Notes: generated by a model not told the origin, from the sequence alone. A stretch of 64,000 bases of DNA from Bacteroidales bacterium (GCA_963664245.1 OY760934.1:2300376-2364375), one strand, 5' to 3'. Shown: positions 1-10,239, counted from the first letter of the stretch. Numbers and translations are program-made.

Positions 1-251
1 TTATTCTCATGCAGTTTTTATTCGAAGCAATTTTTCTGGCAATATTCGGAGGGGCTTTAGGTTTGCTAATTATTTTCTTATTGGTTTTAATTATTAATAT
101 GGGAAATTTTCCATTGCAATTGGTCCTTACCCAAGGAAATATTATTTTAGGTATTGGCGTTTCAGCTTTGATAGGATTAATATCCGGTTTTATACCGGCA
201 TATAATGCTTCAAAACTAGATCCGGTTGAAGCTATGCGTTCGAATTTTTAG
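1..251 (+). CDS. ABC transporter permease, FtsX-type, C-terminal end only (gene starts upstream of window)
   Basis: Reading frame is open to the window edge. It has hydrophobic helices and the tail PAYNASKLDPVEAMRSNF typical of FtsX/MacB/LolE-family permease C-termini. Confidence 0.6.
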   Translation, partial: ILMQFLFEAIFLAIFGGALGLLIIFLLVLIINMGNFPLQLVLTQGNIILGIGVSALIGLISGFIPAYNASKLDPVEAMRSNF

Positions 252-312
252 TTTCTAAATAATTTATAAAACCCCCAAATATCTTTATCTTTACATAAAG
301 AAAAAACGTACT

Positions 313-2082
313 ATGGAAAAACGCTGGATAATTAAGGAACAAGCCAAATCAGAAGATGTTCAGGATTTATCCGGCCACCTTAATATTGACGAATCTCTTG
401 CCAATTTATTAATTCAGCGAGAAATCACCAATTTTGATGAAGCCAAAGAATTTTTTCGTCCGTCCCTGAATCAATTGCACGATCCGTTTTTAATGGAAGA
501 CATGGGAAAAGCCGTCGAACGTATTTCGCAGGCTCTTTCGAATGATGAAAAAATATTGATATACGGCGATTATGATGTGGATGGAACCACAGCTGTCGCT
601 TTGGTTTTTACTTATTTCCATTCGTTTTACGAACACCTTGAATTTTATTTGCCCGACCGCTACGCCGAAGGTTACGGAATTTCTTACCAGGCCATTGATT
701 ATGCCAAAGAAAACAATTTTAAACTGGTGATTGCCCTTGATTGTGGTATTAAAGCCGTTGAAAAAATTGAATACGCCAATACGTTAGGAATTGATTTTAT
801 TATTTGCGACCATCACCGTCCGGGCGATATTTTACCTCCGGCTTATGCGGTTCTTGATCCTAAAATTCCCGGTTGCAAATATCCTTTTAAAGAACTTTCG
901 GGATGTGGTGTTGGTTATAAACTGGTTCAGGCATTTGAGCAAAAAAATACTATTTCTTCTTTAGAAATTGAAAGTTTATTGGATTTGGTTGCAATGAGCA
1001 TTGCGTCAGATATTGTTCCTTTACGGGGCGAAAACCGCATTTTAGCCTATTATGGTTTGAAGTTGATTAATACCAATCCCCGCCCGGGAATAGAAACCAT
1101 TTTAAAATTTACAAATGTTACCCGTCGGGAACCCGATAAAAAAGGCAATGTTTTTAATCGAGAACTTACCATCAGTGATCTTGTTTTTATGGTAGGGCCA
1201 AGGATTAATGCTGCAGGTCGGATTGAAAGTGCCAAAGATTCCGTAAAAATATTGATTACCGACAATGTTGAATATGCTACCCGAAAAGGGGAACAAATCA
1301 ATAAATTAAATACCGAACGCAGAAACCTTGATTCTACAGCCACGCAGCAAGCCCTTGAAATGATTAACAATAGCGAAGAGCTTAAAATGCGTAAATCAAC
1401 GGTTGTTTATGATCCGGAATGGCACAAGGGGGTTATTGGTATTGTTGCTTCGCGTTTAACCGAATCTTATTATCGCCCAACCGTTGTGTTTACTAAATCG
1501 GATGATTTGTTAACAGGTTCAGCCCGATCGATCAAAGATTTTGATGTGTACGATGCTATTGATTCGTGCAGTGATCTTTTAGAACATTTTGGGGGCCATA
1601 AATATGCGGCCGGATTATCCATTAAACCCGAAAGGTTTGATGAATTTAGCCAACGTTTTGAAGAATATGTTTCTTCTCGTTTATCTGATGAAATGATGAT
1701 TCCTGAAGTTGAAATAGATTCCTTGTTGAGCTTGAATAAAATCAATAACAAATTTTATAATATCCTGCGGCAATTTTCGCCTTTCGGCCCCGAAAATATG
1801 GCTCCGGTATTTTTAGCAAAAAAAGTTGTTGATACGGGATTTGTCCGTATTGTAGGTCAAAACCACCTAAAATTAAATGTTATTCACCGTGATATTTCCG
1901 GACTACCTTTTCCGGCTATCGCTTTTCAGCAGGGGCATCATTTAGAATATATCAAAAACGGAAATCCGTTTGATATTTGTTATCACATCGAAGAAAATGA
2001 ATGGAACAATAAAATTACGCTTCAATTAAACATTAAGGATATTAAACCTTCATCAGAAAGCAACAATAGCTCTTCCTATTAA
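313..2082 (+). CDS. recJ: single-stranded-DNA-specific exonuclease RecJ
   Basis: 589 aa. DHH-family motifs are present (ILIYGDYDVDGTTA, ALDCG, ICDHHRPG) plus the DHHA1 motif GGHKYAAG; length and domain order fit RecJ. Confidence 0.9.
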   Translation: MEKRWIIKEQAKSEDVQDLSGHLNIDESLANLLIQREITNFDEAKEFFRPSLNQLHDPFLMEDMGKAVERISQALSNDEKILIYGDYDVDGTTAVALVFTYFHSFYEHLEFYLPDRYAEGYGISYQAIDYAKENNFKLVIALDCGIKAVEKIEYANTLGIDFIICDHHRPGDILPPAYAVLDPKIPGCKYPFKELSGCGVGYKLVQAFEQKNTISSLEIESLLDLVAMSIASDIVPLRGENRILAYYGLKLINTNPRPGIETILKFTNVTRREPDKKGNVFNRELTISDLVFMVGPRINAAGRIESAKDSVKILITDNVEYATRKGEQINKLNTERRNLDSTATQQALEMINNSEELKMRKSTVVYDPEWHKGVIGIVASRLTESYYRPTVVFTKSDDLLTGSARSIKDFDVYDAIDSCSDLLEHFGGHKYAAGLSIKPERFDEFSQRFEEYVSSRLSDEMMIPEVEIDSLLSLNKINNKFYNILRQFSPFGPENMAPVFLAKKVVDTGFVRIVGQNHLKLNVIHRDISGLPFPAIAFQQGHHLEYIKNGNPFDICYHIEENEWNNKITLQLNIKDIKPSSESNNSSSY

Positions 2083-2688
2083 AAACAAGCCAAAAATAAC
2101 TAAACAAATTCCGGCAAAATGGTTAATTCTTTGCATGATTTTTTGGGTAAGGAATCGCTTGATTTTATAAGACGCAAAACACTTTAAAATATCGGTTGCC
2201 AAAACAGTTAATAAAGCTGCTGCAAAAAAGATGGTAACCGAATATTTTTCTCCTTCGTAAGACGATGTAACACTCACCACCACCGGAATCCAAAATAACC
2301 ACACAAAAGGATTGGTAAGATTCAGGAAAAAACCTTTGAGGACAAAAGTAATTTTCCAAGGAGTATCATTTTTCTTCAGTTTACTTTTTTTGTCTTTTTC
2401 AAGTTCTACTTTGCGGGTGTAGGTAACAATTCCAAATCCAATTAAAATAACACCACTGATAATTCCAAAAGCCAGATTGTTTTCGGGTTTGCTGATAACT
2501 TGCAGGGCACCAATCAGGCAAAGCCCAACCAAAACCATATCGCTAAGAAATACGCCGATAGCCAGAAAAATTCCGGATAAAAAACCCCGGTGTATGGTGG
2601 TTTGAAGTAACGCAAATAAAGCCGGGCCAAAACCAAAAAAAACGGCTAAGGTAAATCCAAGAATTATGCCTTCGGTTAAAGGCCCCAT
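2053..2688 (-). CDS. LysE/RhtB-type amino-acid exporter family protein
   Basis: 211 aa, all hydrophobic helices, with an N-terminal GFTLAVFFGFGPALFALLQT pattern typical of LysE-type translocators. It converges on recJ with a 30-nt overlap. Confidence 0.65.
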   Translation of the reverse strand: MGPLTEGIILGFTLAVFFGFGPALFALLQTTIHRGFLSGIFLAIGVFLSDMVLVGLCLIGALQVISKPENNLAFGIISGVILIGFGIVTYTRKVELEKDKKSKLKKNDTPWKITFVLKGFFLNLTNPFVWLFWIPVVVSVTSSYEGEKYSVTIFFAAALLTVLATDILKCFASYKIKRFLTQKIMQRINHFAGICLVIFGLFLIGRAIVAF

Positions 2689-2705
2689 ACACTTTATCTT
2701 TTTTT

Positions 2706-4235
2706 TTATTTATTTTCTGTCAGGAACGCTTCCCAGTCGGCTAATTGTTTAGCTTTAAGTACGCGTGGAAATTTTGTTGCCCCACCTTCTTTGCCATGTT
2801 TTTTCATGTATTGGTAAAATAAATTTACCGGATGTATTTCAACAAAAACATCTTTGATAGCTTCAATGCGCTCAACCCGGTAATCGTCGTTCAAAACTTT
2901 TAAATACGAATCGATTTTTTCACGGGCTACTTCCGGATCAAGTTTGTCATTTGTTCCCAGGAACCATTTGTGTGCAAACATTGAATGATGACGAATTCCC
3001 GAAACAGTAAACTCGTTGATTTCAATATTCATTTCGTCCTGCAACATTTTTATGGCGCGGTTCATATTTTCTTGCGAAAGGTGTTCACCGCAAATACTTA
3101 AAAAATGTTTGGTTCGTCCGGTAATTACAATTTCTTGTTGTTCTTTCGAAACAAATTTAACCGTATCGCCAATTAAGTAACGATAAGCACCGGCACAGGT
3201 TGTCATCAATAAAGCATATTCTTTGTTTTCTTCAACATCTTCAATAAAAAGAGCTTCGGGATTTTCTTTAATGTTGCCTTCTGAATCAAAATTTTCATCG
3301 GTAAAAGGAACAAACTCGTAAAAAATACCGGAATCCAAAACCATTTTCATCCCTGGTCGGTTAGCATCTCTTTTGTAGGCAACATAACCTTCAGAGGCCA
3401 AGTACGACTCATTAAATAATATGGGATGGGCAAAAAGTTTTTCCAGGCTTTTTTTATAAGGATCAACAGCTACACCGCTATGAACATAAACTTTTAAATT
3501 TGGCCAAAGATCATGAATGGTTTCCAGATTATAGTGTTCAATGATTTTTTCCAACATAATTTGTATCCATGCAGGAACCCCAACAATAACCCCAATATCC
3601 CAATGTTCGGCTTTTTTAACAATTTCTTCTAATTTGGTGGACCAGTCACGTTCTTTAGAAATGCGTTTTCCGGGTTTGTAAAAATGCTGGAACCAAAATG
3701 GAATTGTTCCGGCTTGTATGCCTGAAAGGTCTCCCTCGTAATATGTCCCGTTAAAGTTAAGGTGCGTACTTCCGCCAATCATCAGCATTCCTTTTTCGTA
3801 GAAATCGAGCGGAAAATCGTAATTAACTACTGATACCAGTTGGCGGACACTGTTTTTGCGAATGGCCCGGATCATATCGGAAGTAACCGGAATTTGTTTG
3901 CTGGAAGCTTCGGAAGTACCCGAAGTTAAAGCAAAATATTTTACCCTGCCCGGCCAGCTTACATAAGGTTCGCCATTTACTGAGCGATACCACCAGTTTT
4001 TAAACATTTTATTGTAATCAAAAACAGGAACCTTTTTTTGATAGGCGGCAATAAAATCTTTTTCCTTTAAAATTTCAGAGAATTTATAATTTTCCCCAAA
4101 AGCAGTATGTTGAGCTTTTTTTAAAAGCCTGGTTAAAACTTTTTTTTGAGCTGTTACTGCATTAAACTTACGGTGTTTTTCCGGAAGGTTTCTTAACTCG
4201 TAAGCTTTTTTAATGATTGACCCTAGAATAGGCAT
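2706..4235 (-). CDS. GH3 (auxin-responsive promoter) family protein, adenylate-forming acyl-acid amido synthetase fold
   Basis: 509 aa with FALTSGTSEASSKQIPVT (GH3 P-loop-like motif). Overall size and pattern match bacterial GH3-family proteins common in Bacteroidota. Confidence 0.7.
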   Translation of the reverse strand: MPILGSIIKKAYELRNLPEKHRKFNAVTAQKKVLTRLLKKAQHTAFGENYKFSEILKEKDFIAAYQKKVPVFDYNKMFKNWWYRSVNGEPYVSWPGRVKYFALTSGTSEASSKQIPVTSDMIRAIRKNSVRQLVSVVNYDFPLDFYEKGMLMIGGSTHLNFNGTYYEGDLSGIQAGTIPFWFQHFYKPGKRISKERDWSTKLEEIVKKAEHWDIGVIVGVPAWIQIMLEKIIEHYNLETIHDLWPNLKVYVHSGVAVDPYKKSLEKLFAHPILFNESYLASEGYVAYKRDANRPGMKMVLDSGIFYEFVPFTDENFDSEGNIKENPEALFIEDVEENKEYALLMTTCAGAYRYLIGDTVKFVSKEQQEIVITGRTKHFLSICGEHLSQENMNRAIKMLQDEMNIEINEFTVSGIRHHSMFAHKWFLGTNDKLDPEVAREKIDSYLKVLNDDYRVERIEAIKDVFVEIHPVNLFYQYMKKHGKEGGATKFPRVLKAKQLADWEAFLTENK

Positions 4236-4314
4236 ATAACAAATGTTTAAACAATGAGCAAAATTATAAAAATTTGGTTTAATTTAAACATCTAAAAATT
4301 TAAATGGAAAAACT

Positions 4315-5376
4315 GTGTCTAAATTTGTCAAAGTATTTGTTGTAGCACTATTGGTGATAATACTGATACCATTTGTATTTTTGGCGTATATTCACTTCAA
4401 TGATTTCAAACCGGAAGAGCTATCTTCGTTAGAGTTATCGGTAAAAACCGATCGCTTGATTGAAACTCAAAACAAGTTTAGTTTGATTAGTTGGAACATT
4501 GGCTATTGTGGTTTGGGAAAAGAAATGGATTTTTTTTATGATGGCGGAACACGGGTTCGGGCAGATAAGAAACTAACACAGAAATATATCAATCAAAACC
4601 TAAATTTTATCTGTTCAAACGATAGCGTGGATTTCTGGTTTTTCCAGGAAGTTGACCAGGATTCAAAACGTACCTATTCCATTAATCAGGTGGAAAAAAT
4701 CCAACAAAAATTACAAAACTATAATTCGGTATATGTGTTAAATTACGATGTTTCTTTTGTGCCTATGCCGCTTACAAATCCTTTGGGAAAAATTAAGGCC
4801 GGGATGATGACGTTAAGCAAATTCCTGTCGGTTGAACAAAGCAGGTATGCTTACCCGAACATTGCCGCCTGGCCTGAAAAATTGTTTTTACTGGATCGCT
4901 GTTTAATATTGACTCGTTATACTTTACCTTCAGGGAAAGATTTGGTTTTAATCAACACGCATAATTCTTATTTTGTGGATGAAGATTCATTGCGAATGAT
5001 AGAATTAAACGTAATGAAAAAAGTAATGACAGCAGAATATGCCAAAGGAAATTATGTAGTAGCGGGTGGCGATTGGAACAAATACCCGCCTGGGTTTTTA
5101 GCTAAGCCAACCATTGAAATAAATCTTCTCCAGGAAAATGTAAAAGAATTAAAAGCTGATTTTTTGCCCCCGGACTGGCAATATATTTATGATGCCGATG
5201 TTTTCTCCAACCGTGATTTATTGGCTCCATTAAACGTGCAAACAAAATTTGCCGTGATTGATTTTTTTGTGCTTTCGCCCAATATAAAAGCCGATACCGT
5301 TAAATGCATTGATTTAGGCTTTAAAAACTCGGATCATAACCCGGTTAAACTCGAATTTCATTTGGTTAATCAATAA
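4315..5376 (+). CDS. endonuclease/exonuclease/phosphatase (EEP) family protein, membrane anchored
   Basis: GTG start and an N-terminal TM helix. EEP motifs are SWNIGYCG, FFQEVD, NTHNSYF, GGDWN and SDHNPV. Confidence 0.7.
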   Translation: MSKFVKVFVVALLVIILIPFVFLAYIHFNDFKPEELSSLELSVKTDRLIETQNKFSLISWNIGYCGLGKEMDFFYDGGTRVRADKKLTQKYINQNLNFICSNDSVDFWFFQEVDQDSKRTYSINQVEKIQQKLQNYNSVYVLNYDVSFVPMPLTNPLGKIKAGMMTLSKFLSVEQSRYAYPNIAAWPEKLFLLDRCLILTRYTLPSGKDLVLINTHNSYFVDEDSLRMIELNVMKKVMTAEYAKGNYVVAGGDWNKYPPGFLAKPTIEINLLQENVKELKADFLPPDWQYIYDADVFSNRDLLAPLNVQTKFAVIDFFVLSPNIKADTVKCIDLGFKNSDHNPVKLEFHLVNQ

Positions 5377-6493
5377 ACAAATCGGCAGCAATGCCGTCGG
5401 CATATAATTTGCCAAAAGTGGTGAGATACAGACAATTTTTTTTGTGGATAATTTTCTTTTCTTCCATAAATTTTTGAGAGGATTTTAGCAGGTATTTGGC
5501 TTTATCAGTACCAAAAACATTTTCGATATGCAGCAAATCACAACCCCAGCAGGTGCGTAGTGAAGTCATTACATACTCGTTGAATTTTTGCGATTCGGTA
5601 AGCACCTCTTTTTCGTAATCAATATTTTCTGCAAAATTCGATTTGATATACGTTGAAATATTGGAGACATTCCACTGCCGACTTGTTCCGTTAAAGGAAT
5701 GAGCCGAAGGTCCTAGTCCTAAATAATTTCCTCCCAGCCAGTATAAACTGTTGTGTTTTGAATAGAACCCTTTTTTGCTGAAGTTGGAAATTTCGTAATG
5801 AATAAACTCATTTTCGGCGGTTCTTTTAATGAGTTCATTAAAATGAACAATACTTTGTAACTCATCGGTGCCAGGCAGTTTCTTTTTTTGGATCAATACA
5901 TTCAGGGCGGTTTTGGGTTCAACCGTTAAAGAATAAGCCGAGAGGTGGGGAATGTTTAATTTGAAAAACAATTCCAGGTTTTGAATCCATTTTTCGTTGG
6001 TCAGTGTTGGAATTCCGTAAATTAAATCAATGCTTATGTTTCCGAAACCTGCATCTTGTGAGGCTTTTACAGAATCAATGGCTTGTTGTGCATGGTGAAC
6101 CCGATTCAGATATTTTAAATCATCTTCAAAAAATGATTGAATACCGATACTTAAACGGTTAATCATTGAGGCTGACAAGTCTTTAATTTTTTTGGCCGAT
6201 AAATCATCCGGGTTGGCCTCCATCGTAATTTCGGCGGTTTGCGAAATATTGTGGTTTTGTACCAGTGCTAAAAAAATGTCTTCAATTTCGGTTTTGCTTA
6301 ACAGAGAGGGGGTTCCCCCGCCAAAATAAATGGTATTTATGATTTCGTTATTGAGGTATTTTTTTTGTGCAACAATTTCTTTTTTCAGGGCTTCGATAAA
6401 TTCATTCTTGTGTTTAACTGAAGCCACAGAAAAGAAATTACAATAATGACATTTTTGTTTACAAAAAGGAATATGAATATAAATACCCGCCAT
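5366..6493 (-). CDS. hemW: radical SAM heme chaperone HemW (HemN-like, oxygen-independent coproporphyrinogen oxidase family)
   Basis: 375 aa with the radical-SAM CxxxCxxC motif in IPFCKQKCHYCNF, plus GGGTPS and a HemN C-terminal-like domain. The size fits HemW rather than HemN. Confidence 0.85.
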   Translation of the reverse strand: MAGIYIHIPFCKQKCHYCNFFSVASVKHKNEFIEALKKEIVAQKKYLNNEIINTIYFGGGTPSLLSKTEIEDIFLALVQNHNISQTAEITMEANPDDLSAKKIKDLSASMINRLSIGIQSFFEDDLKYLNRVHHAQQAIDSVKASQDAGFGNISIDLIYGIPTLTNEKWIQNLELFFKLNIPHLSAYSLTVEPKTALNVLIQKKKLPGTDELQSIVHFNELIKRTAENEFIHYEISNFSKKGFYSKHNSLYWLGGNYLGLGPSAHSFNGTSRQWNVSNISTYIKSNFAENIDYEKEVLTESQKFNEYVMTSLRTCWGCDLLHIENVFGTDKAKYLLKSSQKFMEEKKIIHKKNCLYLTTFGKLYADGIAADLFID

Positions 6494-6525
6494 AATTAGG
6501 GGCGAATTTAGTGGATAAATATGAA

Positions 6526-8028
6526 TTAAAGGGTCTTTTTAAGAACGATTCTGAAAATAGTTCCTTGTTCAATCACCGATGATTTTACAAATATCTTTCC
6601 TTTGTGGTAATCTTTAATGATGCGTTTTGACAAGGTTAATCCAAGCCCCCACCCTCTTATTTTACTGGTGTAGCCCGGATCAAATACCGTTTTGAAATTT
6701 GATTTGGCAATGCCTTTTCCACTGTCTTTAAAATCAAGAATAACGTATTTGCTTACGTCAATAATTTTAATTTCAAGCTTGCCAACCCCATTCATGGCAT
6801 CAATGGCATTTTTACAAAGATTTTCAACCACCCACCCAAATAAATGTTTGTTAATGGGAGCCATAATGATGCTGTCTTTTTCTGGTTCAACTTTATAATT
6901 GATTTTTTTAGAGGCTCGTCGTTTAATGTATTCTATCGAATCATAGATTACTGTTACAATATTTTGGATTTCAAGGTTTGGCGGAGATCCTATTTTGGAA
7001 AAACGTTCGGTAATTTTTTGTAAGCGGGATAGATCATTTTCAATCTCTAGCAGTATTTCTTCATCGGCTTCTTTCATGCGTAAAATTTCCACCCAGGCCA
7101 GCATCGAAGACAAAGGTGTGCCTAATTGATGAGCCGTTTCTTTTGACATTCCTACCCAAACCTGGTTTTGTTCCGATTTTCGTGTGGTATTAAATACCAA
7201 GTATACAATGAAAAAGAATAAACCAATTACCGCAAATTGCACATAAGGATAATACTTAATTTGAGTTAATAACGATGAATTATGGTAAAAAATGTAGGCA
7301 TTTCCGCTATTGGGTAGTTTAATTTTTATCGGGTCGTTTTCGTGATCCATTTCGTGGATCGTATTTTTTACAAACTCCGGATTTGACATTTTTACAGAAT
7401 CAATGTTTCCAAAAGCAAATACTTTTTGTAATAGGCTATCTGTTACAATAACAGGTACCGAAACAGAATTTTCTACAATTTCTGAGAAAAACGATTCAAT
7501 TAAATCATCCAAAACTCGTTCTAATTCTGAATAAATAGTTGATTTGCTATAATACAGGTATTGTTTTTCGTTGGGGGAAATATTAATATTAATGGACTTA
7601 AACTCCGTCAAATTAAAATCTTTTATGTTTTTAATTTGTTCTTCGCCCGGATCAACATTAACCGAACTAATAATGCTTCCGTCTTCTTTGGTAAGTATAA
7701 CAGGAATGGTTGTATTATCTCCGATAATGTGTGCGTAAAAAGTAATGTCTTTGGAATTGCTTTCGCGTTCAATACGTTTGTATGTTTCAGCAAAAAGTTC
7801 AGCCCGTTTAAATTCTTCCTGTTCGATGAGTTCAAAAAACCGGTTGGTATAATTTACCAGGTTGGCTTTTCGTTGAATTGCATTGGCCCAGACGTTTACA
7901 TTGGTTCGTTCATTCTCGGCAAATTGCCTTACCAGCATATTGGTAAACCATAACGAAGCCAAAACAATAATACTTGCAATCATGATTAATGCAATTTTCC
8001 AGCGCCGCTTTTGAAGATAAATGTTCAA
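6526..8028 (-). CDS. sensor histidine kinase (two TM helices flanking an extracytoplasmic domain)
   Basis: H-box ETAHQLGTPLSS, N-box VVENLCKNAIDA and G-boxes DSGKGI / GWGLGL. No cognate response regulator gene lies adjacent. Confidence 0.8.
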   Translation of the reverse strand: MNIYLQKRRWKIALIMIASIIVLASLWFTNMLVRQFAENERTNVNVWANAIQRKANLVNYTNRFFELIEQEEFKRAELFAETYKRIERESNSKDITFYAHIIGDNTTIPVILTKEDGSIISSVNVDPGEEQIKNIKDFNLTEFKSININISPNEKQYLYYSKSTIYSELERVLDDLIESFFSEIVENSVSVPVIVTDSLLQKVFAFGNIDSVKMSNPEFVKNTIHEMDHENDPIKIKLPNSGNAYIFYHNSSLLTQIKYYPYVQFAVIGLFFFIVYLVFNTTRKSEQNQVWVGMSKETAHQLGTPLSSMLAWVEILRMKEADEEILLEIENDLSRLQKITERFSKIGSPPNLEIQNIVTVIYDSIEYIKRRASKKINYKVEPEKDSIIMAPINKHLFGWVVENLCKNAIDAMNGVGKLEIKIIDVSKYVILDFKDSGKGIAKSNFKTVFDPGYTSKIRGWGLGLTLSKRIIKDYHKGKIFVKSSVIEQGTIFRIVLKKTL

Positions 8029-8164
8029 AACAAATTATTTAAGGTGTAATACAAACGCAAACAATATAAAATTATTCTGTAAGGAATCATCTTCAGTAAT
8101 CAAACCATTGACAGATCGTCTAAGGTATAAATAACCTGTGAATTTTTAAAATTTTCTTGACATG

Positions 8165-8205
8165 AACTAAAATTTTAGTTATAATTGTAAACTAAAACTT
8201 TAGTT
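8165..8205 (+). promoter_or_regulatory. two 16-bp palindromic operators (AACTAAAATTTTAGTT at 8165-8180; AACTAAAACTTTAGTT at 8190-8205), putative BlaI-family repressor sites
   Basis: One perfect and one near-perfect palindrome lie 25 bp apart centre to centre, ending 3 nt before the blaI-like ATG. A TTGACA hexamer sits at 8157-8162. Confidence 0.5.
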
Positions 8206-8207
8206 AC

Positions 8208-8603
8208 ATGGAAAAGATGAAAGAACTAACCAAAGCCGAAGAACAAATCATGCAAATCCTTTGGGATATTGAAAAGGGATTTGTAAATGATATTCTGGAC
8301 AAGTTACCTTTACCCAAGCCAGCTTATAATACTGTTTCTACCATTGTAAGGATTCTGGAAAAAAAGGGATTTGTATCGCATAAAGCTTATGGTAAAACCC
8401 ATGAATATTATCCTTTAATCAGTAAAAAAGATTATACCAAAACCTATTTTAAAGGGTTCATGAAAAATTATTTTGAGAACTCTTACCAGAACCTGGCATC
8501 TTTTTTTACCAAAGAAAGCAAACTCAGCCTTCAGGAACTGGAAGAAATCAAACAATTAATGGAGGAAGAAATCCGCAAACAAAAAGAAAACAACAATGAA
8601 TGA
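8208..8603 (+). CDS. BlaI/MecI/CopY family transcriptional repressor
   Basis: 131 aa with a winged-helix N-terminus (LTKAEEQIMQILW...YNTVSTIVRILEKKGFV) and a coiled C-terminal dimerisation tail. It overlaps the downstream M56 gene by 8 nt. Confidence 0.8.
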   Translation: MEKMKELTKAEEQIMQILWDIEKGFVNDILDKLPLPKPAYNTVSTIVRILEKKGFVSHKAYGKTHEYYPLISKKDYTKTYFKGFMKNYFENSYQNLASFFTKESKLSLQELEEIKQLMEEEIRKQKENNNE

Positions 8604-10239
8604 TTTTTTGATTTATCTCATGCAATCGGCTTTTTGTTTGGCCGCTTTATACCTGATATACTGGTTGTTTTTACGTAAAGATACTTTTTTCAGGGCCAAC
8701 CGTTTTTACCTAATTTCTTCCTTGTTTTTATCGTTTACATTACCTTTGTTTAAGGTTCCGGTTTTTTATAGCGATCCGGAAGTGACCTACGTGGTTATAC
8801 TCGAAACTGTTAATATAACCGCCGAAAATATTTCATCGGGTATTATGAACAATTGGACCATTTATCAAACCCTGCTGATTATATATCTTACCGGGGTTGT
8901 TTTGTTTCTCATCCGTTTTATTTTTCAATTGTTTCAGCTGTTTTGGATCATTAATAAATATGGAGTAGCTGAAGAGAACGGCTTAAAAATTGTTAAGCTT
9001 GAAAAAAACTTTTCTTCTTTTTCCTATTTCAATTATGTTTTTTTGAGCGAAAGCATTACAAGTGATAAAAACCGCAATGAAATTATTAAGCATGAAATGG
9101 CTCACATTCAACAGCGCCATAGTTTAGATCTTATTATCCTGGAGCTTTTTATTGTTTTTCAATGGTTTAATCCGGTTATCTGGCTGTATAAGTTTTCACT
9201 AAAAGGAATTCATGAGTTTTTGGCTGATGACAAATTGCTTTCCAGCGGAACAAATAAATTGTTTTATCAAACCCTGTTATTAAATCAATTGGTCGGGATT
9301 CAAATCAACGACCTTACGAATAATTTTAACCAATCTTTAATTAAACAACGTTTTATTATGATGACAAAAATCAAATCGAAGGGAAAAGCAAAATGGAAAT
9401 ATATCTTGCCGGTTCCCGTAACTGTTTTATTGATTGCTTTTTTTGCAGTTAATTTAAACCAAAATACTTTTGCTTCCGAAACAAAAGAAGAAGTAAAAGC
9501 AACGGAAACAACAACTCCCAAAGAAGATTTGGCAAACCAGAAAGAAGACTCAAACGAGTCTATATTTATTGTGGTTGAAGATATGCCTAAATTTCCTGGT
9601 GGGGAACAAGCTCTAGGGCGATTTTTAAGAGACAATATTAAATATCCTGAAGAAGCCCGTAAAAAAGATATCCAGGGGAGAGTGTATCTCACTTTTATTG
9701 TTGAAAAGGATGGATCGTTAACCAATTTTAAAGTTGTCAGAGGTATTGGCCATGGATGTGATGAGGAAGCCATAAGGGTTGCTAAAATGATGCCTAAATG
9801 GGAACCGGGAAAACAAAGAGGAAAAGAAGTAAGGGTTCAGTTTCATTTACCGGTTAGATTTGTTCTTAATACGAATGCTAAAGTAGCTGATGATACTAAA
9901 AAAGTAGTTTTTGTTAAGGGAGGTACAGAAGAAGGTTTAGAAAATCTACTGGAATACCCGGGCGGAAAAGAAGAAGTGCGCAGATTTATTGCCGAAAACA
10001 TAAAATACCCGGAAGATGCAAGAAAAGAAAAACTTGAAGGAACCGTTTTTGTTACTATTGTTGTTCGGGAAGACGGGAGTGTTGATAATCCGAGAATTAA
10101 GAACGGGGACGGAATAAGTGCTAGCCTGGATGAAGAAGCAATAAGGGTCGTTAAATTGATGAAATTTAAACCATATAAACAAAACGGGAAACCGGCAATT
10201 GCCGTGATGACTTTGCCCATAAAATTTTCGTTAAACTAA
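8596..10239 (+). CDS. BlaR1-like M56 peptidase signal transducer fused to two TonB C-terminal domains
   Basis: N-terminal TM helices and the M56 zinc motif HEMAHIQQRHSLD. The C-terminal half carries two tandem TonB_C-like repeats (...FPGGEQALGRFLRDNIKYPEEARKKDIQGRVYLTFIV... and ...YPGGKEEVRRFIAENIKYPEDARKEKLEGTVFVTIVV...). Confidence 0.75.
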   Translation: MNDFLIYLMQSAFCLAALYLIYWLFLRKDTFFRANRFYLISSLFLSFTLPLFKVPVFYSDPEVTYVVILETVNITAENISSGIMNNWTIYQTLLIIYLTGVVLFLIRFIFQLFQLFWIINKYGVAEENGLKIVKLEKNFSSFSYFNYVFLSESITSDKNRNEIIKHEMAHIQQRHSLDLIILELFIVFQWFNPVIWLYKFSLKGIHEFLADDKLLSSGTNKLFYQTLLLNQLVGIQINDLTNNFNQSLIKQRFIMMTKIKSKGKAKWKYILPVPVTVLLIAFFAVNLNQNTFASETKEEVKATETTTPKEDLANQKEDSNESIFIVVEDMPKFPGGEQALGRFLRDNIKYPEEARKKDIQGRVYLTFIVEKDGSLTNFKVVRGIGHGCDEEAIRVAKMMPKWEPGKQRGKEVRVQFHLPVRFVLNTNAKVADDTKKVVFVKGGTEEGLENLLEYPGGKEEVRRFIAENIKYPEDARKEKLEGTVFVTIVVREDGSVDNPRIKNGDGISASLDEEAIRVVKLMKFKPYKQNGKPAIAVMTLPIKFSLN

